A DNA stretch of 64,000 nt from Gammaproteobacteria bacterium. GTDB taxonomy: Bacteria > Pseudomonadota > Gammaproteobacteria > G965277405. The notes beneath the pieces are model-generated. The model ran no database searches and was not told the DNA's origin. It worked only from the letters and a program-made list of their open reading frames with translations. Position 1 is the stretch's first letter. Every line of letters starts with the position of its first letter. Of the stretch, positions 1-9,365 are shown in pieces. The DNA is taken from positions 1,696,001 through 1,760,000 of the forward strand of contig OZ255726.1 in assembly GCA_965277405.1 (NCBI GenBank), given 5' to 3'. The position numbers and the translations under genes were made by a program.

Positions 1-16
1 TCTTATAGACAGTACA

Positions 17-703
17 ATGTTCACATTACAAATTTCAATTTTACGCTGGGGGGTTGCACACACTGCCGTTGTTATAACAATGCTGTTAGGCGCAACCGTA
101 TCGCGGGCAGCAAATATTGAAGGTGCGGTAGAGAATGTCGGTGGCGGTATTGCGGTTGTTGCCTCACATAGCGCAGCTGGGTTGAGCAATACAGGTTTCC
201 CAACACATCTTTTCATCCAGGGTGCTAATAATTTAATACGGGTGGAATATTTAAAGTATGGTACATATTCCAGTACGGCTAGTGCCAGCACAGATTATCA
301 AAACGAAGCAGTACTGGGGTATGCAAACTTTGAATATTTATTGCGTGCGCGTAGAGGCTCAATTTTGGGGAGAACAAAACTGTATGGATCGGTTGGTCTT
401 GGGCTATTTCGTTCTACAGTAACAAACTTTAGTTCTACAGCAGTAAACCCTGGGCTAATTAACTTCTCAAATGTCCAGCACAATAAATCAGATTATAATA
501 TTGGTTTTACTGTTGCAGGCGGTATGCGTTATTTTCTTGACCCGAAATTTTTTATTGGTGGTGAAATAAAATATTTGAATGCATACATTCAATATGATAA
601 AGGAACTGTGTCAAAACGTGATATTGGCGGAATATTCTTCAATGTATTACTCGGCTACCGGTTATCAAGCAGTGCTGATGTCAGTCAAAAAGTTGATACG
701 TAA
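17..703 (+). CDS. Outer-membrane beta-barrel protein (OmpA/OMP_b-brl-like)
   Basis: Signal peptide ending ASRA-like; alternating amphipathic strands (LYGSVGLG, AGGMRYF, FIGGEIKY, NVLLGYRL). Confidence 0.6.
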   Translation: MFTLQISILRWGVAHTAVVITMLLGATVSRAANIEGAVENVGGGIAVVASHSAAGLSNTGFPTHLFIQGANNLIRVEYLKYGTYSSTASASTDYQNEAVLGYANFEYLLRARRGSILGRTKLYGSVGLGLFRSTVTNFSSTAVNPGLINFSNVQHNKSDYNIGFTVAGGMRYFLDPKFFIGGEIKYLNAYIQYDKGTVSKRDIGGIFFNVLLGYRLSSSADVSQKVDT

Positions 704-763
704 CATTAAGCAGTACATCCATACAATGCTGGTATCATCCATCCATCGTACAGTTCTTGTAGC

Positions 764-2218
764 ATGCAGCGACGCATCCGTCGAGTAGCGAGTCATAAGT
801 TTATTGGTGATCTAGATACCGCGCTGACATCGTATATTAAAATAGCGAATACCAAGAACAGCTTTATATTTGAATCGTTGCAAGGTGGCGAGTTATGGGG
901 ACGGTATTCATTTATAGGTCTGCCCAGCAGTGAATTTATTACGGTTACCTGCGGCGTACTCAACCATCAAGCTGGAACACAAACTGTGTATGCAGGCAAG
1001 CACAATGATCCCTTTGCATACATCGAAAAATTCATAGATAGTTGGGTTATAGAAACTGATGAAGCGCTGCCAAAGTTTGCTGGCGGGCTTGTTGGCTATA
1101 TTGGCTACGACTGCATCGGTTATATAGAAAAAAAATTACTCAGCCAACTGCAAAAACCTGACACGGTTGGCGTGCCTGATATTTTTTTGCTGGTGTGTGA
1201 AGAGTTATTGGTTATTGATAACATCAGCCATACACATCAGTTCATAAAATTATATAACCCTGAGTTGATAGATCATAGTCAAGCGGCAGCAACCTTGCAT
1301 GGATATGAAGCGCAAATGGTCAAAAGCTCGGTTTGCTACACTGATTTTGCTACCTTGCAATATAGTAATGCCAGCATTTCACCAGAAGATGTACACGCGA
1401 CCAGCGATTTTAGTGAACATGACTATAAAGCGGCGGTCGAAATAATAAAAAAACACATTCAAGCTGGTGATGTAATGCAAGGGCTACCATCACAGCGGAT
1501 GGCAATTCCATGGCGTACCAATCCCATTCAGTTATACCGTGCATTGCGATTTATCAACCCATCACCGTATATGTATTACATCAACTTTGGTGATTTTAGC
1601 GTTGTTGGTGCAACACCTGAAGTATTGGTGCGTTGTCAAGATAATCAGGTGGTGATTCGCCCCATTGCAGGCACAAGACCGCGTGGTGCAACTCCAGCCG
1701 CAGATATAGCTATGGAACAAGAGTTATTGGCAGACCCCAAGGAGCTTGCTGAACATACTATGCTGATTGATTTAGCTCGTAACGATGTTGGCAAGGTCGC
1801 AAAGATAGGTAGCGTGCTGGTGACTGACACCATGTTCATCGAGCGCTATTCGCATGTGATGCATATTGTCTCAAGTGTTAGCGGTAGATTACGGGCAGAT
1901 ACTTCGACGATAGCTGTGTTGCAAGCGGCATTTCCAGCAGGAACGCTGAGCGGTACTCCTAAAGTCCGTGCGATGGAAATCATCAATGAAATTGAACCAT
2001 ATAAACGCGGTATCTATGGTGGTTGTGTTGGCTTTTTAGGGTGGAATCAGAGCCTGGAGATGGCAATTGCAATTCGTACTGCGATTATTAAAGACGGTAT
2101 GTTATATATTCAAGCAGGCGGTGGGATTGTTGCAGATTCTGACGCTGAAAATGAATGGCAAGAAACCTTAAACAAACGCAAAGCGATGTTTCAAGCTGTG
2201 AAAATGTGTAATTTTTAA
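764..2218 (+). CDS. trpE: Anthranilate synthase component I
   Basis: ESLQGGELWGRYSFIG, NPSPYMYY, RPIAGTRPRG, EHTMLIDLARND, IERYSHVMHI, AIAIRT, QAGGGIVADS motifs. Confidence 0.92.
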   Translation: MQRRIRRVASHKFIGDLDTALTSYIKIANTKNSFIFESLQGGELWGRYSFIGLPSSEFITVTCGVLNHQAGTQTVYAGKHNDPFAYIEKFIDSWVIETDEALPKFAGGLVGYIGYDCIGYIEKKLLSQLQKPDTVGVPDIFLLVCEELLVIDNISHTHQFIKLYNPELIDHSQAAATLHGYEAQMVKSSVCYTDFATLQYSNASISPEDVHATSDFSEHDYKAAVEIIKKHIQAGDVMQGLPSQRMAIPWRTNPIQLYRALRFINPSPYMYYINFGDFSVVGATPEVLVRCQDNQVVIRPIAGTRPRGATPAADIAMEQELLADPKELAEHTMLIDLARNDVGKVAKIGSVLVTDTMFIERYSHVMHIVSSVSGRLRADTSTIAVLQAAFPAGTLSGTPKVRAMEIINEIEPYKRGIYGGCVGFLGWNQSLEMAIAIRTAIIKDGMLYIQAGGGIVADSDAENEWQETLNKRKAMFQAVKMCNF

Positions 2219-2240
2219 GAATGCAGACAGTTATGCCTAA

Positions 2241-2533
2241 GGAAGCTCTGATTAACTCGCTGATGGAGCGAGTTTGCCTGCAATTGTTGATGATTGCAAG
2301 GCGCAAACCTCTAAGCGCATGCCGTAGCATATACGCCAAAGGATGCAACACAGCAAGTACTGCTGCAGCAAACCCAAAGTATATTCAGCACAACGACTGG
2401 AAAAAAGCGGTACTAACGTCGTTGCAGCACTTGGCAGCACCCACAAGACCACCAATATTATCTGCGCACTGCGTCTAGTTATCATCAGCGTTTTTTCTCC
2501 GTCTCGCCCGTCATGGACTTAATCAGAGATTCC
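2241..2533 (+). mobile_element. MITE-like palindromic element, long copy 1 (293 bp)
   Basis: TIRs GGAAGCTCTGATTAA / TTAATCAGAGATTCC; CTAA direct repeat on both sides (2237-2240, 2534-2537); similar to copies at 31789 and 46849. Confidence 0.9.
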
Positions 2534-2575
2534 CTAACGCTAGCACGTGTTGCTATTGCGCGTATTACTATCTGG

Positions 2576-3148
2576 TTATAAATGACTTGCGACAAAATCC
2601 CAATCTATTAAATTCCAAAACGCCTGGATGTACAAAGGACGAGCATTGCGGTAATCAATGTAGTAGGCGTGCTCCCAAACATCACAAGCAATAAGTACCG
2701 TATGGTTGTGTTTGATTGGCGTATCAGCATTACTGGTGCTGGTTATTTTTAACTTGCCGTCTTCTTCAATCAACCATACCCACCCTGAACCAAAAACGGT
2801 AATGGCTGTATTGTTGAATTGTTCCTTAAATTGTTCAAACGAGCCAAATTCAGTTGCTATGCGCTTAGCAAAAATCCCTGTTGGCGCGCCGCCGCCAGCT
2901 GGGCTGAGACAATGCCAATAAAATGCATGGTTCCACATTTGTGCAGCGTTGTTAAATAAGCCGCCATCGGCCTTGTGGATGATGGCTTCAAGGGTGAGAT
3001 GCTCGTCATCAGACCCAGCAACGAGTTTGTTGAGATTGTTGACGTATGTTTGGTGATGTTTGCCATAATGATAATCTAGAGTTTCGGTAGAAATATGCGG
3101 TTGTAATGCATCTCGGCTGTAAGGAAGTGGGGGGAGTGTAAAAGCCAT
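2576..3148 (-). CDS. sodB: Fe superoxide dismutase
   Basis: HYGKHHQTYV, FNNAAQMWNH, FGSGWVWL, DVWEHAYYIDYRN. Confidence 0.93.
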   Translation of the reverse strand: MAFTLPPLPYSRDALQPHISTETLDYHYGKHHQTYVNNLNKLVAGSDDEHLTLEAIIHKADGGLFNNAAQMWNHAFYWHCLSPAGGGAPTGIFAKRIATEFGSFEQFKEQFNNTAITVFGSGWVWLIEEDGKLKITSTSNADTPIKHNHTVLIACDVWEHAYYIDYRNARPLYIQAFWNLIDWDFVASHL

Positions 3149-3252
3149 GATTAATCCTAAGTTACAGTGGTAAATGTGCCAACATTAACCCAATGTGGCA
3201 GGTGTACAGTATACAATCGTTGTGAATTTGCTCATCCTCTTGTTACTGTATT

Positions 3253-4041
3253 ATGACTAGACCAACAATCAACCCAGCTGGAGACAATACCTCGTTACGT
3301 CCAGCACCTCGGCAAACGAAAACAACATCAACTGGGGGCAATATTTTTCTATTTTTATTGATTATTGCGCTAGGTATTGTTGCTGTTTGGCAATATCTAC
3401 AGCTTGATGCTTATCGGTTGAGTAATGAGCGACGCAATCTCGTGTATGAAGTCAATCTTAACAGAATATTAGATGGATTAAAAATTACTGGTAAAAGTTT
3501 TGATGAAATAGGACAAGAACGCCGTACGCGCAGTGATTTTATTGATGATGAAATCCGTAAATTGTGGGCAGTCGCCAATAAACGCAATAAAGGCAACATA
3601 GCCTTGCTACAAAAATCCATAACTCGGCTTGATGCTGAAAATGCGCAGCAAAGTGATGATTTTTTTAAAAAAATAAACGCCGTGTTGGCACAAACCAAGG
3701 CTAATACAAAGTCAATAACCGGCCTGGGTGAAATCACGGCAAATAACACCACCACATTAACCGATAACTTGTTGACGATTCGCAGCGAGGCAGAAGCTGA
3801 TAGAAATGAGTTACGCCTGTTAGTTGTTGAAAATTCCAAGTTAATCTCAAAAGTGCAGTCATTAGATAGGGTCAATGAGCATATCGCAAAAATGCAAAAA
3901 TCGGTTGATTCAGTCAACGCGCAGCGCCGGTCAAGTAATAGCAGAATTATCGAATTGCGCCAAGAAGTAACGTTGCTAAAGGCGCGGCTGAATGCTATAG
4001 AAAATTCACAACCATTTCCCAGTGTGAATGTAGCGCAATAA
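3253..4041 (+). CDS. Membrane-anchored coiled-coil hypothetical protein
   Basis: One N-terminal TM helix (IFLFLLIIALGIVAVW) followed by a heptad-rich domain; 262 aa. Confidence 0.65.
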   Translation: MTRPTINPAGDNTSLRPAPRQTKTTSTGGNIFLFLLIIALGIVAVWQYLQLDAYRLSNERRNLVYEVNLNRILDGLKITGKSFDEIGQERRTRSDFIDDEIRKLWAVANKRNKGNIALLQKSITRLDAENAQQSDDFFKKINAVLAQTKANTKSITGLGEITANNTTTLTDNLLTIRSEAEADRNELRLLVVENSKLISKVQSLDRVNEHIAKMQKSVDSVNAQRRSSNSRIIELRQEVTLLKARLNAIENSQPFPSVNVAQ

Positions 4042-4061
4042 ATAATACGGCAAAGAAAAAA

Positions 4062-4862
4062 TTATTCGTTGCCAAATACAGAAGCAACGTTATGAATAAT
4101 CATCGGGTCTGGTTTTTGCAACAGTTCTTCATTTTTATTGGAATACGGCAAGCGTGTCAGTAAGTCACGCATACAGTTTATTCTGGCGCGTTTTTTATCA
4201 TCAGATTTGACAACAATCCAAGGTGCTTTTTCAGTGTCTGTTTGATGAAATAACGCCTCTTTGGCTTGGGTATATTTATCCCATAGTCTGATTGAGCTTT
4301 TATCAATATCACTCAATTTCCATTGTTTCAATGGATCATCAGCGCGTTTTTGAAACCGTTCCGCTTGTTCTTGTTTGGTTACTGAGAACCAATATTTGTA
4401 AATACGAATACCTGAATCAACCCACATTTCTTCAATTATCGCAACTGTCGACATAAATTGTTGGTGTTCTTCGTCGGTACAAAAGCCCATAACTCGCTCT
4501 ACCCCAGCGCGGTTATACCATGAACGGTCAAATAATACTATTTCCCCGCTAGTTGGGAAGTGTTGTACATAGCGTTGAAAATACCATTGATTGCGTTCTG
4601 AGGTTGTCGGTACATTTAAGGCAATAACTCGGGCAAAACGCGGGTTGAGGTGTTCTGTAAAGCGTTTAATCGTCCCCCCTTTTCCAGCAGCATCGCGACC
4701 TTCAAACACCAGAATCAGCTTTTGGCCACTTGAGCGCACCCATTTTTGCATTTTCAATAGCTCAACTTGCAGCTTGGCTTTTTCGCTTTCGTATTCCTTC
4801 TTACCCATTTTTTTGTGATAAGGATACGTAGAGTTAGTGAAGTGATTGTATTGAGTTGTCAT
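4062..4862 (-). CDS. ppk2: Polyphosphate kinase 2 (class I-like, single domain)
   Basis: FEGRDAAGKGG P-loop, QWYFQRY, FDRSWYNRAGVERVMGF, DPLKQWKLS, DDKKRARIN. Confidence 0.95.
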   Translation of the reverse strand: MTTQYNHFTNSTYPYHKKMGKKEYESEKAKLQVELLKMQKWVRSSGQKLILVFEGRDAAGKGGTIKRFTEHLNPRFARVIALNVPTTSERNQWYFQRYVQHFPTSGEIVLFDRSWYNRAGVERVMGFCTDEEHQQFMSTVAIIEEMWVDSGIRIYKYWFSVTKQEQAERFQKRADDPLKQWKLSDIDKSSIRLWDKYTQAKEALFHQTDTEKAPWIVVKSDDKKRARINCMRDLLTRLPYSNKNEELLQKPDPMIIHNVASVFGNE

Positions 4863-4890
4863 AATATATCAGCGGCTTCACTTAATTCAT

Positions 4891-5145
4891 TCATATTATC
4901 TTGACGCGAATCGTATTAAATTTATTCAAGAGTTGTTGCTTGGTTTCGCTATGATTTTTATTCGTTTCGATACATGCTACAGGGCACACTTCCATGCACT
5001 GTGGTTGATCAAAATGACCAATACATTCGGTGCACAGATTCGGATCAATTTCATAAATGAGGGCACCAGGATAAATTGCTAAATTCGGGCATTCTGGCTC
5101 ACAGACATCACAGTTAATACACTCGTTTGTGATTGCTAGCGCCAT
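4891..5145 (-). CDS. YfhL-family 2x[4Fe-4S] ferredoxin
   Basis: CINCDVCEPECP and CTECIGHFDQPQCMEVCP. Confidence 0.92.
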   Translation of the reverse strand: MALAITNECINCDVCEPECPNLAIYPGALIYEIDPNLCTECIGHFDQPQCMEVCPVACIETNKNHSETKQQLLNKFNTIRVKII

Positions 5146-5147
5146 AA

Positions 5148-6374
5148 TTACTCTTTATGATTATTCTTACGTTGTATGAGTTTTAGGATATCAATGTGCG
5201 CTGGAACATCATTGTCACTGGTGCTGGTATTGTCTGTATCAACTGGTATTGGGGTATTGTTATGAATGGTAGCCGTTGCAGGTATAGGAGTTGATGTACC
5301 TGAGTCTTTGTTGGTTGCAGATACTGCCTTGGGTGGAATAACTTGGTGAGATATTGATTGATCGACACCAGTTGCGATCACTGTCACGCGGAGAGTTTCA
5401 CCGAGTGATTCGTCGATTGACATGCCAATAATTCGACTGCTGTCTTTGTCTTTTGATGCAAACTCTTCAACAGCACGCAAAACAGTTGTGCAATCATCTA
5501 ACTTTAAGTTACTGCTGCCTGTAAGATTTAGCAGCACACCCTTGGATTCTGAAATGTCAATGTCAGATAACAGTGGATTTTCTATAGCAATCTTCATGGC
5601 TTCATGTGCAGCATTCGATTGCGAACTTGACTCGCCACTGCCTATGATACTAACCCCTGCGTTCGCAAGACTTGATTTCACATCAGCAAAGTCAAGCTTA
5701 ATTAATCCTGGAGCGGTAATCAGACTGGATATATCACGCACAGCATTTTTTAGTACATCATTGGCACGGTCAAATGCTTCAATGAGGGTGATATCTGTTG
5801 TGTTAATTCCGAGCTTATCATTGGGGATGATAATGAGGGTATCAATATATTCGAGAAGCTGGGTTATTCCAGCAGCTGCAACTTGGTTGCGTTTACCCCC
5901 TTCAAATAAAAAAGGTTTGGTGACAACCCCAACTGTCAAGATGTTTTGTTCTTTGGCAATTTGTGCAACAACAGGAGCAGCACCTGTTCCAGTCCCGCCA
6001 CCCATTCCTGCTGTGATGAAAATCATGTCACAATCTTTGAGCAAGTTCTCGATTTTTTTCTTATCCTCAAGAGCAGCGTTGCGTCCAATGTCTGGATTTG
6101 ATCCTGCGCCAAATCCCTTTGTCAATACGCTGCCAATTTGTATTTTTTTGACACTGTTTGGTAAGCCATTAAAGGCTTGAACATCTGTGTTGAGTGCGAT
6201 CATTTCTACGACTTCAATCTCGCTCTTTGCCATATACGCAACAGCATTACCACCACCACCACCAATGCCTATAACCTTGATTGAAGTGTTACACTGGATG
6301 TTGTTCTCTTCTGATGCAGAAAAGCGCATATTGTTGGTATCTTCAGTAATATCTAGAGGTGAAATATCATTCAT
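5148..6374 (-). CDS. ftsZ: Cell division GTPase FtsZ
   Basis: IKVIGIGGGGGNAV, AGMGGGTGTGAAP, PFLFEG, IPNDKL, LDFADV, VTVIATG. Confidence 0.96.
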   Translation of the reverse strand: MNDISPLDITEDTNNMRFSASEENNIQCNTSIKVIGIGGGGGNAVAYMAKSEIEVVEMIALNTDVQAFNGLPNSVKKIQIGSVLTKGFGAGSNPDIGRNAALEDKKKIENLLKDCDMIFITAGMGGGTGTGAAPVVAQIAKEQNILTVGVVTKPFLFEGGKRNQVAAAGITQLLEYIDTLIIIPNDKLGINTTDITLIEAFDRANDVLKNAVRDISSLITAPGLIKLDFADVKSSLANAGVSIIGSGESSSQSNAAHEAMKIAIENPLLSDIDISESKGVLLNLTGSSNLKLDDCTTVLRAVEEFASKDKDSSRIIGMSIDESLGETLRVTVIATGVDQSISHQVIPPKAVSATNKDSGTSTPIPATATIHNNTPIPVDTDNTSTSDNDVPAHIDILKLIQRKNNHKE

Positions 6375-6396
6375 AACTGATTGATTTCCTGTGTTT

Positions 6397-7659
6397 TTAA
6401 AACCCTGTTATCCAATTTACTAATCGCTGTGTAATAGGTTGTTTTTTCTTTTGGTAAGTTTGAGGATTTTGCTGATCTGGCGTCAGATGCGTAAGCAGTT
6501 GTTTTGAAGGTTTTTGTTTCAGAGCATACAATAATAAACCAACAGCGGTAGCATATATTGGATTCTTAAACTCATCATCCAGTCCAGTAATCCCACCTGG
6601 AATTCCTAAACGTACCGGCAAATCGAAAATATCTTTTGCAAGCGTATTAGCACCTTCGATTTTTGATGCGCCGCCAGTGATTATAATCCCAGCGCCAAGC
6701 TTGTTATCGTCGATAAATAATTGCATACTTTTTTTCGCCAAACGAAAAATTTCTTCATAGCGCGATTCAACAATTTCCACAAGTGAACCGCGGTGTAGCT
6801 GAATCGTATCGTGCTCTGGGGTTGCAGGCACATTGATTATCTCCTTATAGCTAGTCCCAGCGCTAACGGCACTTGCATGTTTCATTTTAATCTCTTCAGC
6901 ATGGCTATGGTTAAGGCGTAGCCCTATCGCAATGTCATTCGTCACTGTATGCCCAGCGACTTCAATCGAAGTGGTGTATTGAATACAATTGTTGGCAAAC
7001 AAGGCAATGTCAGCAGAGCCACCGCCAATATCAATTAAGCCAATGCCACGCATGCGATCATTTTGATTAAGCACTGCATAGCTAGATGCGAATTGCTCTA
7101 ATACTATACTGACAATTTGTAGACCAGCGCCATTAACACATTTTGTGATATTTAACCAAACATTCGTTGAGCAATGGACTATGTGGACACCAACTTCTAG
7201 CAGTGAACCACTCATATGGAGTGGATTTATAATGTCACGTTGATCGTCAACGATAAAATTTTGGGTGAGCACGTGCAGCAAGGTTTGTCCTTCTGGTCTG
7301 CTGATTGCTTTGGCAGACTCAACAGCACGGTTCATATCGTCTTGAGTGACTGCAGTGCCAGTCAAATTCACTTTCCCATTACTATCCTTACTAGATGTAT
7401 GATTGCCAGCAATACCAACATATACATGCGATACTTGGATTCCAGACATCAATTGCGCTGCCGCTACTGAACGCCTAATTGCTGCTGTTGTTTGTTCAAT
7501 ATCAGCAATGATACCGTTTTTCATACCATTTGATTGCACGCGACCAAGACCTTTAATACGCAGCCTCTCTCCACCTTGTTTTTCTGCGATAAGAGTAACA
7601 ATTTTAGAGGTGCCAATATCAAGAGCCACGATAATATTATTTGTTTGTTGGATGTTCAT
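6397..7659 (-). CDS. ftsA: Cell division protein FtsA
   Basis: ALDIGTSKI, LIDIGGG, IIITGGAS, YATAVGLL; dcw position. Confidence 0.95.
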   Translation of the reverse strand: MNIQQTNNIIVALDIGTSKIVTLIAEKQGGERLRIKGLGRVQSNGMKNGIIADIEQTTAAIRRSVAAAQLMSGIQVSHVYVGIAGNHTSSKDSNGKVNLTGTAVTQDDMNRAVESAKAISRPEGQTLLHVLTQNFIVDDQRDIINPLHMSGSLLEVGVHIVHCSTNVWLNITKCVNGAGLQIVSIVLEQFASSYAVLNQNDRMRGIGLIDIGGGSADIALFANNCIQYTTSIEVAGHTVTNDIAIGLRLNHSHAEEIKMKHASAVSAGTSYKEIINVPATPEHDTIQLHRGSLVEIVESRYEEIFRLAKKSMQLFIDDNKLGAGIIITGGASKIEGANTLAKDIFDLPVRLGIPGGITGLDDEFKNPIYATAVGLLLYALKQKPSKQLLTHLTPDQQNPQTYQKKKQPITQRLVNWITGF

Positions 7660-7687
7660 ATATGTGTATCTTTAAGAAAATAGTTGT

Positions 7688-8395
7688 TCATTGCGCGAGA
7701 GCGATAACGATGCCGTGTGGATTTCTTAAATCAATTCTGACAATGTTTTTATCGTTTGTTTTTCTGAAAAAAGCAACAGCGTGTTGCATCTTAGCAAAAG
7801 AGTTTTCCCACGGTGGCAGACCAAGGTTAATTTGAATGTTTGGTTGCACCCAAACATGCCAAGATCCGTAGTTTGATATTGAGATAACTGTAGGCGTGAG
7901 AGCATATTTTCGCATCATTTCCTCAAAACCACGTTGATGTTGTAAAAAAAGCGGAATATTTTTAGGGTTGGTTTGTAAATTTATCAACGCTGAAAATGTT
8001 TCTGGATTGGTAATAGGATGGATACCACCTGCTGTATCAAGATATTGGTCATGATTAAAGCGAACCAACGGATGGGTGCGAGTAATAGCCAATGCAATAC
8101 TACCATTCCATTGAAATGAACTGCTGACGTGCTCAACCCAGGGTAAAGCCAATACAGTAGCATTGATTGTATCAAACTCGATAGACCAGCGCTTGCGAGT
8201 GCCAATGTCCCGCTCAATAGCTTGTAGACTGTGTATTTCACTAATTGAAAGAGGCAATTCCGCAGTAAATCCGCGGGCATCACGCAACATCCACAACCAA
8301 AATAAAATGAAAAACACACCAATACAACCAGACACAGCAAGCCAATGTGGATGCGTGTTAGCAAGCAAATGGTTTTTTTTCACAAGATTATCCAT
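7688..8395 (-). CDS. ftsQ: Cell division protein FtsQ (divergent; start probably ATG 8395)
   Basis: One TM helix, POTRA-like LALPWVEHV, C-terminal RIDLRNPHGIV; lies between ddl and ftsA. Confidence 0.8.
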   Translation of the reverse strand: MDNLVKKNHLLANTHPHWLAVSGCIGVFFILFWLWMLRDARGFTAELPLSISEIHSLQAIERDIGTRKRWSIEFDTINATVLALPWVEHVSSSFQWNGSIALAITRTHPLVRFNHDQYLDTAGGIHPITNPETFSALINLQTNPKNIPLFLQHQRGFEEMMRKYALTPTVISISNYGSWHVWVQPNIQINLGLPPWENSFAKMQHAVAFFRKTNDKNIVRIDLRNPHGIVIALAQ

Positions 8396-9365
8396 GGCTA
8401 CGCTGCCAGCCAAACCACAGTAAAAGATGAATGAGTTGTGGGTATGATATACCTGCATATTGCGCAGCAGCAGGGACTAATGAATGATCAGTCATACCTG
8501 GAATAGTATTAATTTCTAATACAAACCATTTGCCATCAGCCGTGCGCATGCAATCAACACGCCCCCAAATGGAGCAACGGGTGATACTAAATGCTTTGCT
8601 GGAAAGTTGTTGGATATATCTTTCATCCGCAGCGTCAAGCTGCGATGGCAGTTCAAGTACAGTTGCTGTTGATGTGTATTTTGCTGCGTAATCATACAGC
8701 CCTGATGCAGTACGGATGTGGACTACGGGCAGTGCTGTGTCTGCCACAATGCCGATAGTGTATTCTTCTCCTATGATTTGTTCTTCAACCAATATTTCGC
8801 CATATTGCTGCAATAATGCGGGGATTGCTGTATGAAATGCCGTGCTGTTAGCAAGTGGAGCAGTGCCCAAGCTTGACCCGCTGTTATTCGGTTTTACAAA
8901 CCACGGCAACGCCCCAATGTCCTGTTGACATTGTGCTTCAAGCTGCGCAGGCGAGAGACCATCTTGCTTGCGCAATAGCACTCCTTTTGTCACAGGGATA
9001 CCAACACTTGCCAATAATGTCTTGCAGGTATACTTGTCCATGGTCAGTGCGGATGCCGCCATAGCGCTTGCACAATATGGCAGGTCAAAAGCGTCAAGTA
9101 AACCTGCCACAGTACCGTCTTCTCCAGCGCCGCCATGCAGAATATTAAAGACCATATCTGTTTGTAATTGGGCAATTTGCGCCCCAATGTTGGCACCACA
9201 ATCAAGCGGTTGCACAGTATAGCCAAGCTCAGTAATTGCTTGTATTACCAGCTTTGCAGATGCACAAGAAACACGACGTTCTGCGCTGATGCCACCAAAT
9301 AGCACGGCGATATCGCGGATGCCAGATATTTTTTTCTTGAGGATTAAGTCTTGGAGGTTTTGCAT
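8388..9365 (-). CDS. ddl: D-alanine--D-alanine ligase
   Basis: AVLFGGISAER, LHGGAGEDG, VKPNNSGSS, LEINTIPGMTDHSLVP. Confidence 0.95.
   Translation of the reverse strand: MQNLQDLILKKKISGIRDIAVLFGGISAERRVSCASAKLVIQAITELGYTVQPLDCGANIGAQIAQLQTDMVFNILHGGAGEDGTVAGLLDAFDLPYCASAMAASALTMDKYTCKTLLASVGIPVTKGVLLRKQDGLSPAQLEAQCQQDIGALPWFVKPNNSGSSLGTAPLANSTAFHTAIPALLQQYGEILVEEQIIGEEYTIGIVADTALPVVHIRTASGLYDYAAKYTSTATVLELPSQLDAADERYIQQLSSKAFSITRCSIWGRVDCMRTADGKWFVLEINTIPGMTDHSLVPAAAQYAGISYPQLIHLLLWFGWQRSHG

Noticed and set aside
2221-2478. ORFs starting MERVCLQLLMIARR (also 31811-32062 and 46957-47163)
   Set aside because: They lie inside the repeat element, their lengths and frames differ between copies, and they show no transposase motifs.
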